In this document: positions 1 through 13,035 of the stretch, piece after piece
Position numbering within the stretch: position 1 is the first letter of the stretch
How the letters are laid out: the number at the start of each line of letters is the position of its first letter
DNA from: the human T2T-CHM13v2.0 reference genome, Homo sapiens
Strand: one strand, 5' to 3'
Assembly (NCBI RefSeq): GCF_009914755.1
Contig: NC_060932.1
Length of the DNA stretch: 64,000 nt
The notes under the pieces: model-generated
The model's input: the letters and a program-made list of their open reading frames with translations, nothing else
Database searches by the model: none
What the model was told of the DNA's origin: nothing
Position numbers and translations under genes: made by a program

Positions 1-300
1 GTGCTTTTGGGGTTATATCCAAAGAAAACATAACCCAGTCCAACATCAGGAAGATTTTTCCCTGTGTTTTCTTCTGGGAGTTTTATGGTTTCAGGTCTTA
101 TGTTTATATCTTTAATTTATTTTGTGCTAATTTTTGAATATGATTTAACATAAGGATTCAATTTTGTTTTTTTGCATGTGGATATCCAGTTTTCCCAATG
201 CCATTTATTGGAGCAATTATACTTGTTCCATTGTATATTCTTGCTACTATTGTCAAAGATTGGTTGACTGTATATATGTGGGTTTATTTCTGGGCTCTCA
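1..300 (-). mobile_element. Old L1 (L1M-type) ORF2 3' fragment, runs off the window edge
   Basis: Antisense L1 motifs such as 'gcatgtggatatccagttttcccaatgccatttattg' and 'gggtttatttctgggctctc'. Confidence 0.8.
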
Positions 301-1509
301 CTTTTCTAAAACTGGGTATGATAAGACCTAGGTAACTAAGACGGTTGGGTGAGCCTGAAAGAAGGGAAAGATTGCCTTAGGTTAGGCCTTATAGCTTAAG
401 AGGCAAAAGGAAGTCTCAAGTCTCCTGTTTGCTTCAGCCCATTAACCAGGTTTGGAGATCATACAGAAAATTAAGGTTTAAGTGCTAACTAGCAGTGAAA
501 TGTAATAAAAAACTAGTTATGACTCTACTGTGGTTTTAAATGGATAAATGAGATCGTGAGTCCAAACATTCAGAAACTCTGATACTGTTCATATTGAGAG
601 ATTTAACTAAAAATAAGTTTCTGCTGGAGAGAAGAATGAAAGGTAAGTACAGAGGAAGGCAAGGTACAAAGGAGATTTTCTGAGTCCAGTCAGGGTTAGC
701 GTGGAGACCCTGTGCACTTGGGGAAATGGAAAAAGTGGCAATAAAGAGCAAATTGTAGATAGAAGCAATGAAGGCCCAAACTGGTAATGTCACACTTTTG
801 CTTTGAGCAGGCTGGTAATGATTTCCCCAGGAAACTCAACTATGCAAATAAGAAAGCTTGGAAGTATGACTTAACGATTAATGAAGCTCACACTACTTTG
901 TTCAATGGAAAATTTGTTCTTGTCTAAATGTCCAGATAGTAACTTGGTTCTTTTTCTCCAGGGTTATGCAGAACAGAGGAGACGCTTTTCTGCCAGCTGG
1001 AAGGGGTAGCAGGTGGGGTAATGGATTCCCAGCTTGCCAGCGGCTGAGATTCTAATTAGAATCTTCCTTCTGGCTTTTAGCAAGCAGCTTTCACTTCATA
1101 GTGTCCTTAGAGAAGAAAGTTCCATATTCAGCAAGAAACTGCCCTATTTAAATGTATAAAATCTTTTTGTGTTTGGGCTATAAAGCAAGTGGTCTTCAAG
1201 GTTCATGGCAAGTATATCGTGTAATATAAAAAGCATCATTAGCTCATGAAAATGCTATTTAAAAATGCAAGTTTGCCTTAGGTAATAAAGTTGAAGAAAG
1301 TAGTCTGGAAATTTAAGACAGAATTGGGAAACTTAAAAATTTAGATTTTTTAGTTTATATATTGTATGGATTTTAATATACACAGATGAATGGTGAAGCT
1401 GGTAGAAGGAGAAAGAAAAGAGAGATATGGAGGTGAGGGAGGGTGAAAATGTGCAATAGATGATGACAGTGTTGGAGAAGGCAGAGGTTTTTGCCATAAA
1501 GAATCTCTA

Positions 1510-1783
1510 GCTGGGATCACTTGAGGCCAGGAGTTTGAGACCAGCTTGGGCAACAAAGTAAGACCCCAGCTCTATAAATAAATAAATAAGTAAATAAATA
1601 AGTAAATAAATAAATAAATAAATAAATAAATCAGCTGGGCATGGTGGTGTGCATCTGTAGTCCCAACTACTCAGGAGGCTGAGGCAGAAGGATCCCTTGA
1701 GCCTAGGAGTTCAAGGCTGCAGTGAGCTATGATGTGCCACTGCACTCCAGCCTGGGGAACAGAGCAAGATCCTGTCTTTTAAA
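1510..1783 (+). mobile_element. AluJ-like SINE, 5'-truncated, with (TAAA)n expansion in the middle linker
   Basis: 'gatcacttgaggccaggagtttgagaccagc' and 'gagttcaaggctgcagtgagctatgat' (J-type); TAAA run at about 1575-1631. Confidence 0.9.
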
Positions 1784-2534
1784 GAGGAAGAGAGAGAGAC
1801 TGACTCCATTGGGCTTTTTCTTTTTCACGTTAAATAAAATTTAAGGGTTTAGTTGTTTAGCCTGTACTGCCTTCTCCTGGTTGGTCTTGGATTAGCAGCT
1901 CAGATGTAACAAAAGTGAACTGTGTGAATGGACCCAACTGTAACACAGACGTTATGTGCCAGATTATGCTGCCTGCCTGTTGCAGTTTACCACGGTGCTG
2001 GTAATATATCCAGGTCCCATTGGGCTGGCTTCAGGCCGTGATGGTCTTTTTTTCATGAGCCTTCCTATTGTGATACTATGCATATATTAGTAAGACGTCT
2101 TAAGTAGAATACCTATTCCAAAATGGAATGAGGCACATGTGTGCATACTGAGGTGCCTGTGAGTTGCTTACTTCTAAAAGAGAGAGGTTACACAAAATCT
2201 TAAGCCCTTGTAATGTACTTAATCTTGTAAATGTGCTATGGGAACATTTATTGCAGGCCTCCAGAGTTGACTTTAATTTTTCTTTTATGACCTGCCAGGA
2301 GTAGAGTGGAGAGATTAAACTATAGCTTCCAGAATCACAGACAAATCTGAGTTCGAAGAAAAGGTGATCCTTTCTCAGTGAGAATTCTCTTGCTTAATAG
2401 TCAGAGAGATTTTGGGAAATTCTGAGAGTGATGCCTATAAAGTGAAAGAAAAGGAGGAGACTGAGAAAAAGGAAACAGAAAAGCAAAGTTATTGATTTTT
2501 GAGCAGGTAAAACCGAAAAACTCATTCTATCAAT

Positions 2535-2540
2535 TATCTA

Positions 2541-2602
<62 letters not shown>

Positions 2603-2608
2603 ATCTAT
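2535..2608 (+). repeat. (TCTG)n(TCTA)n tetranucleotide STR, left half
   Basis: Direct read of tandem TCTG and TCTA units. Confidence 0.95.
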
Positions 2609-3023
2609 TGTGAAAGGAACTGCTCAGGGAAAACTTGCCTCCCATTTCTATTCAAAGTCATCCTTCTGCTCACTGCGATAGATGCATATCTGATTGTCTC
2701 CTTTGGAAAGGCTAATCAGAAACTCAAAAGAATGCAGCCTTCATCTCTTGCTTATCTGTGGCCTGGAACCCCCGTCCCTGCTTTGAGTCTTCCTGCCTTT
2801 GCTTCAAGTTGTCTGGCCTTTCCAGACCAAACCAATGTACTTCTTACATATATTGATTGATGTCTCATGTCTCTCTAAAATGTATAAAACTAAGTTGTGC
2901 CCCGACCACCTTGGGCACATGCCGTCAGGACTTCCTGTGACTGTGTCATGGGCACGTCCTCAACCTTGGCAAAATAAACTCTCTAAATTAACTGAGACCT
3001 TTCTCAAATTTTGGGGGCTCACA
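2609..3023 (+). mobile_element. MER4A/MER4A1-like ERV1 solo LTR
   Basis: TG...CA ends, 4-bp TSD CTAT (2605-2608 and 3024-3027), MER4-type core 'gatgcatatctgattgtctcctttggaaaggctaatcagaaactcaaaagaatgc', AATAAA near 3' end. Confidence 0.85.
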
Positions 3024-3076
<53 letters not shown>

Positions 3077-3085
3077 ATCTATCTC
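3024..3085 (+). repeat. (CTAT)n STR, right half
   Basis: Direct read of tandem CTAT units. Confidence 0.95.
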
Positions 3086-3466
3086 CTACCTATCATTTAC
3101 CCATCCATCGTCTACCAGTTATCTATATATCTATCTCATTATGCTGCCAGAAATTGTATAATATTGGGAACCTATCTTTAAGGAACTTAAAAAGATGAAA
3201 AAGAATCAGGAAATGCTGATACAAAAGAAATAAATAGAGAATGAGGAGCAGTGCTGGATCCTGGCTCTGGCTTTCTGTTAAGAGTGTCTGTGCCTTCAGA
3301 AGTGCTGGAGCAGGAAGGGTTCATGGACGTGGCTGGGTCATAAGTAAAAGTCTATGTCCAAATGGTGGAAACTTGGGAGGTCTAACCAGTCAAGAATTGT
3401 AAGCAGCTGTAGGAAACAATACAAGTGAAGACCGAATAAGAGCTAAGTAAAAACTTGGAAAAAGCC

Positions 3467-3788
<322 letters not shown>

Positions 3789-4051
3789 TTAATGTCTGAT
3801 CATATAGGGAAGAGGCCAGAGGAGCAGCAGGGAAATCAATCTGGGTTGAATCTGGCAGAAAATGCATACAGAGAGAGAACTCAGCATGGGAGTTTCTTGT
3901 ATTTTCAAATGACTTCTAATTCCTGGTTACTCCATGCACAGAGGTTGTACTCCTGGAGAGCTTAAAGGTAACAAATAGCTTTGATGGAATGTGGCTGCAA
4001 AGATATTAACCTTCCTACAGAAGAGAGATTAGCAGCAGACATGTGCCTATT

Positions 4052-4078
4052 GTGTGTGTGTGTGTGTGTGTGTGTGTA
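4052..4078 (+). repeat. (TG)n microsatellite
   Basis: Direct read. Confidence 0.95.
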
Positions 4079-5202
4079 TAAAATCAGTATGTTCAAATAA
4101 ACTGTCTGGGTTGCTGCTTTGGTTTGTGCTAATTATTTTGTTTTCAAAGTTTTAGGAAAGAACTCCATTTATATTGTTTTAAAGAAAAAACAAAGATTGA
4201 CTGAGGTAAACTTGGAGTAAGTATAGGCATAATCAAATAGGGTCCCCTAGATCAAAGCTCAAGCCTGCTGGTTTATCAATGAGATGTCTTTGCTAAAGAG
4301 TTGATTTTGGATCAGGGGCTATGTTCATTTAATAAATTACAAGTGTGAAAAAGTCACAGAGATACTATAAAGTGATCTGATTATTTAATTTTTGGAATAT
4401 AAAGATATGGGGGAGACTTGTCTCTTGTTTATTATAACAGAGCCTAGAATTGAATAAATACCAACTAGTGATGGTAACGTGAAAATCTTGATCACTGCAG
4501 AGATTAAAAAAACCAAATCTCATAGCTTTACCCAGAGGCCTAATAAGGGCTAAAATAACTAATTAAAAAAATGAATAAAAGCCAAGCCAAACCGCGAGAG
4601 GATGATCTAAGTTAAAATACGTGACCAGGCAGGTTGCTTCAGTCGTAGTAGAAATATTTTAATAAGCTAGGAGCAAGATGAATATGGAGTATTAATAATT
4701 GTAATTTTCTTTCATAGTTAAGATATCAGAAACCAGTGAGATATCTCATAGCCTGTAAAAGCAGAGCCTCTAATTTTAAGAGCCAATTTATTTTACTATA
4801 ATTTGAGATGCTGGAAAGACTTTTGAGATTGTTATTTAAATGCCGTTTGCTATTAAACTGTGGTTAGAAAATCTGCTCAGCCAAAATGATGCTGAAAGAG
4901 CATTAAGTTTATGAGTCACAAAAGCCAGAGTAATTCTAATTACTTTCCTGAACTTCAGTACAATAGAGATGTTTAATATGCAATGGGACACTCCTTTAAA
5001 ATTGTTGCAAGACAGGTGATCGGAGTCTTGGCTTCTCTCCCCACCTTGATTATCAGTGAAGTAAAGGTTAGGTGCGGTATTGTATTGTGTGTTTTCATCT
5101 TAAAGTTTCTTCTTCTGCAGAATGGGTTAATGATGGAAACATTTGGGTATTGTGGTGCACAGAGTGGGTTCTCGTGTCTCTTCAGAGCAAAGTCCTCTTA
5201 TA

Positions 5203-6422
5203 CATCATCATGAGCCTCATAATGACGTTTCGGTCAATGACAACTGCATATATGATGGTGGTCCCCTAAGATTACAATGGAACAGAATGCATAGCTGAAG
5301 AAGAGCCAAGAGAAAAGGAAATTGCAGGAGAAGAAAAAGAAGAAAATTCACAGTGAAGGGTTTAGCAGAAGCTTTTGCAGACCTCAACAAGCTTCTTAAA
5401 AATTTGAAAATATGGACTCCAACACCAAAAGATTTTCATTAATAGAGAGAAATCTTCAGGGTGCATTATCTGCTCCCAGGCAGATAATCTATGATGAAAA
5501 AAAGAAACAAACTAAGAAACCATGATGAACATATTCCTGAAAAAAGTGACACCTTCTCAGGAAGAGCCTCAGGCAGGTCTTTCAGGAGTATCCAGAAGAA
5601 GGCTTGTTATCACAGGAGATGGCAGCACCATGTGTGTTTTAACCCCTGGAGACCGTCCAGCAGGACAAGATGTGGAGGCAGAAGGCAGTGCTGTTGATGA
5701 TCCTGACCTTGTATGGGGTTAGGCTAATGTGTGTGTTTGTGTCTTAGTTTTTAACAAAAACGTTTAAAAAGTAAAGGAAAAAAAATCTTAAAAACAGAAA
5801 AGAGCTTATAGAATAAGGTTATAAAGAAAGAAAATATTTTTGCACAGCTGTACGGTGTGTTTATGTGTTATTACAAGAGTAAAAAGGTTTAGAAAATTTA
5901 AAAATTGATAAAGTTGAAAAGTTACAGTAAACTGAGTTTAATTTGTTATTTAAGAAAGAAAAATATTTTCTATAAATCTAGTCTAGCCTAAGGGTATAGT
6001 GTTTATAAAGTATACAGTAGTGTACAGTCAAGTCCTAGGCTTTACATTCACTCACCACTCTGTCACTGACTCACCCAGAGCAACTTCCAGTCTTGTAACC
6101 TCCATTCATGGTAAGTGGCCTATACAAGTGTACTATTTTTTATCTTTTACTCTGTATTTTTACTGTACCTTTTCTATGTTTAGTTATGTTTAGATTCACA
6201 AATATTTCCCATTTTGTTGTAATTGCCTACAGTATTCAGTACAGTAACATGCTGTACCAGTTTGTAGCCTAGGAGCAATAGACTCTACCATATAGCCTAC
6301 ATCTGCAATAGGCTACACTATCTAGGTTTGTGTAAGTTCACTCTATGATGTTCACCCAATGAAGAAATCACCCGAGACACATTTCTCAGAACGTATCCCT
6401 GTCATTAAGTGAAACATGACTG
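5203..6422 (+). mobile_element. Tigger3 (Golem) non-autonomous DNA transposon, Tigger3b-sized
   Basis: Start 'tcatgagcctcataatgacgtttcggtcaatgac', end 'catttctcagaacgtatccctgtcattaagtgaaacatgactg', TA on both sides, about 1.2 kb. Confidence 0.85.
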
Positions 6423-6424
6423 TA

Positions 6425-6595
6425 GTTAAGTGAGGTTATAATGGTTTAGAATGGGTCCTAAATCCAATGACTGATGTCTTTTTAATAGGCCAGTAAAAAC
6501 AGAGAGAGACACAGAGGCCCACATAGGAACACCATGTGAAGATGGTGGAAGAGATTGAAATGATGCATCTACAAGCCAAGGAATGCCAAGACTTA
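6425..6595 (+). mobile_element. MLT1-type MaLR LTR fragment
   Basis: 'gggtcctaaatccaatgactg', 'ccatgtgaagatgg', 'tacaagccaaggaatgccaag'. Confidence 0.75.
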
Positions 6596-6808
6596 TGGTA
6601 GTTGTATTATTATTAGAATTATTTTTTATGCTATTATTATAATTGGTAGTGTTTCATACAGTATTTATTGACCTGACATTAATATTTGACCAGTTTTATT
6701 TTTTTTCTTTCACTGAAAAACCTAGGTCCATTCTTCTTTTTTTCAAGCATCATTTTGTATGAGTATGTTTTAGTTGCTTCTATTGTATATTTAAGACTTG
6801 ACTCCCCA

Positions 6809-7454
6809 AGAAATAGGAACACTTTTACACCGTTGGTAGGAGTGTAAATTAGTTCAACCATTGGGGAAGACAGTGTGGTGATTCCTCAAGGATCTAGAAC
6901 CAGAAATACCATTTGACCCAGCAATCCCATTACTGGGTATATGCCCAGAGGATTATAAATTCTATAAAGACACATGCACATGTATGTTTATTGCAGCACT
7001 ATTCACAATAACAAAGACTTGGAACCAACCCAAATGCCCATCAATGATAGACTGGTTAAAGAAAATGTGGCACATATATACCATGGAATACTATGTAGCC
7101 ATAAAAAAGAATGAGTTCATATCCTTTGCAGGGACATAGATGAAGCTGGAAGCCATCATTCTCAGCAAACTAACACAGGAACAGAAAACCAAACACTGCA
7201 CTTTCTCACTCATAAGTGGGAGGTGAACAATAAGAACACATGGACACACGGAGGGGAATATCACACACAGGGGCCTGTCGGGGGGTGGAGAGAAAGGGGA
7301 AGGGCATTAGGACAAAAACCTAATACACACAGGGCTTAAAACCTAGACGATGGTTTGATAGGTGCAGCAAACCACCATGGCACATGTATACCTATGTTAC
7401 AAACCTGCACATTCTGCACATGTTTCCCAGAACTTAAAGTAAAATAATAAAAAA
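6809..7454 (+). mobile_element. 5'-truncated L1PA (about PA7-PA10) 3' end
   Basis: ORF2 C-terminus, 3'UTR and polyA; 16-bp TSD aagac(t/c)tgactcccca at 6793-6808 and 7455-7470. Confidence 0.92.
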
Positions 7455-7614
7455 AAGACCTGACTCCCCATTCCCCCAATTTTGTAATCAAATAAGAGAG
7501 TATTTACCTCTTTATTGGGAAATATATATAATGCCCATTTTTCTAATATCAAAGTTGCAGCTTAAATATATATATGTAATACATATATTTATATTAGAAA
7601 TATAGTTGTACTTT

Positions 7615-7651
7615 ACACACACACACACACACACACATACACACACACACA
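7615..7651 (+). repeat. (CA)n microsatellite
   Basis: Direct read. Confidence 0.9.
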
Positions 7652-7658
7652 TATATTG

Positions 7659-7768
7659 GAGATAAGAGTCTTGATCAGGCTGGACTCAAGCACTCCCGCA
7701 CTCAAGTTATCCTCCTGCCTCAGCCTCCTGAGTAGCTGGGACTATAGGTGTGAACCACTGCACCCTGC
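7659..7768 (-). mobile_element. Alu monomer fragment
   Basis: 'cctcctgcctcagcctcctgagtagctgggactataggtgtg'. Confidence 0.75.
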
Positions 7769-7779
7769 TTATAGCTGAT

Positions 7780-7865
7780 AATTTAATATGAATTTATCTT
7801 AGCTAATCTGCAAAGACCCTATTGCCAAATAAGGTCACATTCTGAGGTTTGGGATAGACATAAAT
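7780..7865 (-). mobile_element. MLT1 LTR fragment
   Basis: 'atctgcaaagaccctattgccaaataaggtcacattctgagg'. Confidence 0.65.
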
Positions 7866-8571
7866 TTTTTATATTTGCTATAGTTAGTGTTCTTTTTTTT
7901 ATTTATATTAAATAAATGCTTCTGTTTTGAAGCATTTATATTATTAAATGAATATTATTTATTTATTTTTTATAAAATAAATTTATATATTAAATAAATG
8001 CTTCCTTAAAGTTTCTATATTTCCTGTCTGGCTTCCTTGTTGTTATATTGCTAAACTTGTTTGGGAAACATATTTTGTTTCCATTCCATGGGTGGTTACT
8101 CAAAAGTTTTTTCAACTATGTTTAACGTGATGTTCCAAGGGTTTTTTTGGGGAGTGTTTCCCCTTGACATAAGAAGTTTAGGATACTTTTATTTTTACTT
8201 CTCCAGTACCACAACATTCACTCCCTTCTCTGAATTCTGTCTTTTACACTGATACTGTTTTGTAATTTAGATACTGATAATTTTACTAACAATATTATTT
8301 TTATATTATATATCTTCTCTTTGGGGACATATTTTGCTTTGCATTCAATTTTATATCAAGACATTAAAATTTTTCTTAGCTTTAATATGTATTTTTAACT
8401 GATCTTAAAGGATTCTGTTAATTCTGTTCTCTCAATCAGTTGGAGTATATCTTTGAGTAATTTCCTTAAAGAGAAGTATGTTTCCTGAGCTGTTGCACAG
8501 CTGACTTTTTTTTTTCTTTTTTACTTTGAACTTGAATAATAGCTTGAATTTTGCTCCATTTGGTTCTGGTG

Positions 8572-8825
8572 TTTTGTGTTTTGTTTTTATTTTTTTAGAG
8601 ACAGAGTCTTTCTGTGTTGCCCAGGCTGGAGTACAGTGGCATGATCATAGCTCACTGTAACCTTGAACTCCCAGACTCAAGTGTCCCTCCTGCCTCAGCC
8701 TATGGAATACATCCAGCTAATTAATTTTGCTTTTGTAGAGGTAGGGTCTCACTATGTTTTCCAGGCTGGTCTTGAACTCCAGGCCTCAAGTAATCTTCAC
8801 GTTTCCGCTTCCCAAAGTGATGGTT
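8572..8825 (-). mobile_element. AluJ-like SINE, degraded
   Basis: 'cccaggctggagtacagtggcatgatcatagctcactg' and 'caggctggtcttgaactcc'. Confidence 0.85.
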
Positions 8826-10377
8826 AGAGGTAGCTAAATAAAGAATTCTATCACTGTCATTATTACTATTCAAAAATATTACGACAATGTCATTAGGTAT
8901 AACATTTCTTCTTATTGATTTTTCTTGGGATAGAAATCTTTTTTGATTTATATATACTGGATTTCTGTAAATTTAGATTTTCTTCTAATGATTCACTTAT
9001 TATATTTCTTGCTGGCTTCTTCAGAAACAAATATTATCCATATGATGTCTCCTTTTTCTTCATCTTCTATATTGTCCATATTTTCTCCAATTATTTTAAT
9101 CTGTTTATACCTTTATTCTATGCTGACATATCTTCTTGAGTTTCACTTTTACAGTTTTGATTTGAATTTCTTCTCCATCTATTTTTTTCCATTACCCTCC
9201 ATATCGATTAAGTTACATTAAATTAAGAAATTATTTCTCTTACGTTTTTCTTGGGTTCCTTGTTTTTATGTTTTTCATATCTCAACTAATCTTTCTTATT
9301 GCTTATAAAAATCTTGTTCTATTATCACCTTATTCATGAAAAAACTCAAAATTCTGTTTTCTTTAGATAATAGCATATAGTTTCCTAAAATTCCCTTCTG
9401 AAAACTTTTAGAGATCTACTTTTTGGAAGCAACTCTATTTAACTTACCCCATTATATTTCTTATTTGTTATAATTTTATATTTTTCCAGTCAAAGATTGG
9501 CAAAATATATTTTTGACAAGCAAAGATTCTCTATACTTATTTTTCATTAGAATGGGTGTGTGTGTGGCCCTTGGTCACATTCTGTCTATTGATGTGATCT
9601 TGGAATTTGTACTTTAAATCCATAATTGAAAGGCTAGTTGGTTTGTGTTGTTCCCAGTTTAATTCTCATTTGTAAGCAAATATCCTCCTAGTGCTCCTTT
9701 GTTCTAGTGCAGTTTTATCTTCTGAGTGCTGGAAAACCTCTACTTCTTGAGAAGTATGTGTTGTTACTAGGATGTTGTTTTTTCCCTCTGCATATATTGC
9801 TGTCTTCTTAATGGAAAGTACACCTCTCTGAAAACTCTATTCTCTATTTTCTGCCCATTTGTTCTCTGGACTTCATAGAACCTTCTTCTATGTGGAAAGA
9901 TAGTGGGAAAAAAAATCATGCAGTGGTTTGTATGAAAAACTACACCTTTTGCCTAACAGCAATATCTAAGATGTGGAGAGAAATAATTAACCTGTTTTCT
10001 GGCTAGTACAGGTGTTGGATCCTTGAGTATGGGGACACATTTACATTTTTTGTGCATCTGTTTCTATTTCATGTAATGATACTGTGTGAAGTCAGGAATA
10101 GAATTCTAAGTAGGATTTTCCTCAATTTAACTTCTACTGTCTTATAATTAATTTCCATTTATCCTGCATTTTGGCTTTGAATTATCTGTCAGTGTTAGAT
10201 TTCAGAGTTTTTGAGAGCTTCTTTTTTTTTTTTTCCTCTTGGGTACGCCTTTGTAAGTATTTAAAGGTTAGTTGGAAAGAATGGTTTGGAGAATGCTACC
10301 CAGACACTCTTTTGGATTTTAAGTCTCTCTACTGATTCAAAATGCTATTTCAGTAATCTCAGTTGTAAATGTTTACT

Positions 10378-10830
10378 ATTTATTTAGAGACAAGGTCTTG
10401 CTCTGTCATTCAGGCTGGAGTGCAATGATGTGATCATAGCTCACTGCAGCCTTGAACTTCTAGGATCAGGTGATCCTCCTGCCTCAGCCTCCTGAGTAGC
10501 TAGGACTACAGGTGTGCACCACTGAGTGTGGCTAATTTTGTTTATTTTTTGTAGAGATGGGGTCTCTGTCACCCAGATGGGTGTACAATGGCACAATCAT
10601 AGCTCACTGCAGCTTTAAACTCCCAGGCTCAAGCTACCCTCCTACTCTGGCCTCCTTTGTAGCTGTTACTATCGTGCACACCACCATGCACAGCTAAGTT
10701 TTTCTATTTTTTTGTACAGACAGGCTTTCACCATGTTGCCCAAGTTGATCTCAAAATCCTAGGCTCAAGCGATCCTCTTGCCTTGGCCTCCCAAAGTGCT
10801 GGGATTATAGGCATGAGCCATGGTGCCTGT
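10378..10830 (-). mobile_element. AluJ-like element with three monomers (left-right-right)
   Basis: Two successive right-arm segments ('atcatagctcactgcagc' twice) followed by a left arm 'ccttggcctcccaaagtgctgggattataggcatgagcca'. Confidence 0.85.
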
Positions 10831-12214
10831 CTTATTCTTTTACTGTTGAGGAAAATATCTTCAAAAAGCTCATTTAAGAATGAAACATAGTGTGAGAATT
10901 CATTTTTGAGTTGTAGCATGTCTAAGAAGGTATAGAATTTTTGGATAGCATATTTTTTTCCGGCAGAGTTCTAGAAATGTTACTCCTGTGTCTTCTAGTG
11001 TTTTGTATTAAGGAAAACAAATGCATGGCCAGGCTGATTATTAATCTTTTGTGAAGAGTCTAATATTTTTCATGTTGATTTTTATTCCTTTGTGAAGAAT
11101 AAATATTTTTAAGAGTATTTGTGGGATTCTTTCATCTCTGAAATTTGATATTTCTATCTGATTAAGCTGTGTAAGTCTAGTTGTCTAGTTTCTTTTCATG
11201 AGGTTTTTCCTAAGCATCAAAAAATACGTTCAAAATTTTATGCTAGTATAAATTTCAGATTGGGAATAATTTTTTTGTTATTTCTCTGATTATTGATTAT
11301 TTTGTTTTCTGATGCATACTCTTATAGGAGATAACATCTTCTAGAATTATTCTTCATGTATCTTATCTTCTACCTCCTTTTGTTCATGTCTTTATCTTCT
11401 TCTGCTAATTCTGGGATAATTTGTTGAGTTTATCTTCTCCAGCACTCATTCATTTCCTGCATATCTTTCTTACTGCCATCATCCAGTTAGTTTGGCATTA
11501 TGTTTTTTGACCTCACTGGGACCTTTCTAATTTAAGTCTTCCTTTGTGAATATTTCCCAGCTACAGAGATGCCATGGCTTCTTGAACCCTTCTGGAAGAG
11601 AATCTAATATTTTCTAAAAATTTCTTCTGAATTTTGGAGTAACCCTATTTTAAAAGGAGATATTCCATCATTTTTTAAAACAATGACTCACTTATTTTGG
11701 ACACCACTATTTTCTCATATACTTTGGATTTGCTATTTTTAAGAGAAGGAGGCTCAATGCTGATATTAATCAAGTAGGAATTGAGGTAGGCTAATGTTTG
11801 TGTGTGTACTTTTCACTCATTTTTAGAAGGACCCTTAGCTTCAGAGTCCCCAGAGTCTTGAATGAGGTGAGAAGTGGAAATTCAGAAGGTTGGAATGCCC
11901 TATATAGTCATCACATAAAGTTTTAACAATACCGCACATTTATAGATGAATTACTCAGGAAATTCATTCTCCTCTCTATACTGCCTCATATATTTCTACT
12001 CCATGTCCTCTTCTGCTTATCTTGACTCCCATTCCAGAGGGAAATCTCAGGCAGAGTTTCTAATTTTTAAATTTCTGCCTGCTTTGGGGCTGCCAATTTC
12101 AGGAAGGTATCGCTGAGTCTTTCAGTATTGCCAGTGGAATCGAACTCCAGAAAAACTCAAAGGACACCACATGGCTATCTCCCCAGTGTCCAATAGCCTG
12201 TTCCCAATGCCATT

Positions 12215-12303
12215 CCCAACTCTTCTAAATTCATCTGGGGCTTAATAGACTCTCCCCATCCCAACTCTTCTAAATTCATCTGGGGCTTAATAGACTTTCC
12301 CCC
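12215..12303. repeat. 45-bp tandem duplication
   Basis: cccaactcttctaaattcatctggggcttaatagact at 12215 and 12260. Confidence 0.95.
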
Positions 12304-12784
12304 TCATAGACTTCCATGATAAGCTGCTCTGTTTCACAATAGGGAAGCTTACACAGGCCTTTCCTTCAATCTCATCCTGCCCTCCCTAGCTAACAGAAAT
12401 TCCTAGAAATATCTAGCCAGTGAGAGCATCCATTTCTAGTTTCATCCTATAATGTTGGTTTTCATAATGTTGGTTTTAAATGTAATTATTCATTACAAAG
12501 TATTTGTGAGGGAGTAGAGAAGAATGGGTACTTATAATAAAAGCATGACTTTTTAATGTATCAAAACTATACAGAAACAAAGACAACATAGAGATAACTC
12601 TTGAAGAAGACAGAACATCAACATCATAAGCCCCATTTCCTTATTTTGAAGTGTGGGTCTTCTATTCAATTTCTACAATAGATTTCAAATGTAATATTTG
12701 ATAATGAAGGTGATGATAACAATGATATTGATGATAAGAGATGATACTGATGAGCACACTTAAGTGCTTAATTTATGATAATAA

Positions 12785-13035
12785 TCATTGTTAACATTCA
12801 TTAGCCTTATTGTATATCAGGCACTGTGCTGGCTTCTTTACACACATGATCCCAGTGAATCTCTGTAACAGGCCTATAAGAGAGACACATAAATTTATCC
12901 TCACCTTATATATGAGGAAACCAAGGAACAGACTAGTTAAGTAAGGTACCAGAGGTCACACAGATAGTAACTGACAGAACTGAGACTTGAATCCAGATCA
13001 GTCTGGCTACAGAGCCCATGTTCTTATCTACTGTC
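12785..13035 (-). mobile_element. MIR SINE
   Basis: Reverse MIR core 'atgaggaaaccaaggaacagactagttaagtaaggtaccagaggtcacacagatagtaa'. Confidence 0.8.

Larger units (their letters stand above)
8000..11700 (-). mobile_element. Highly decayed old L1 5'/ORF1-region pieces interrupted by Alus; boundaries approximate
   Basis: Strongly T-rich strand composition and weak antisense-L1 motifs only. Confidence 0.35.

Noticed and set aside
962-1012. Possible 51-nt exon (ttctttttctccag|...|gtgggg)
   Set aside because: Weak donor, no recognisable peptide; such pairs occur often by chance
2492-3161. 122-aa and 120-aa ORFs
   Set aside because: Made of (TCTA)n translations (LSIY repeats) and MER4 LTR sequence
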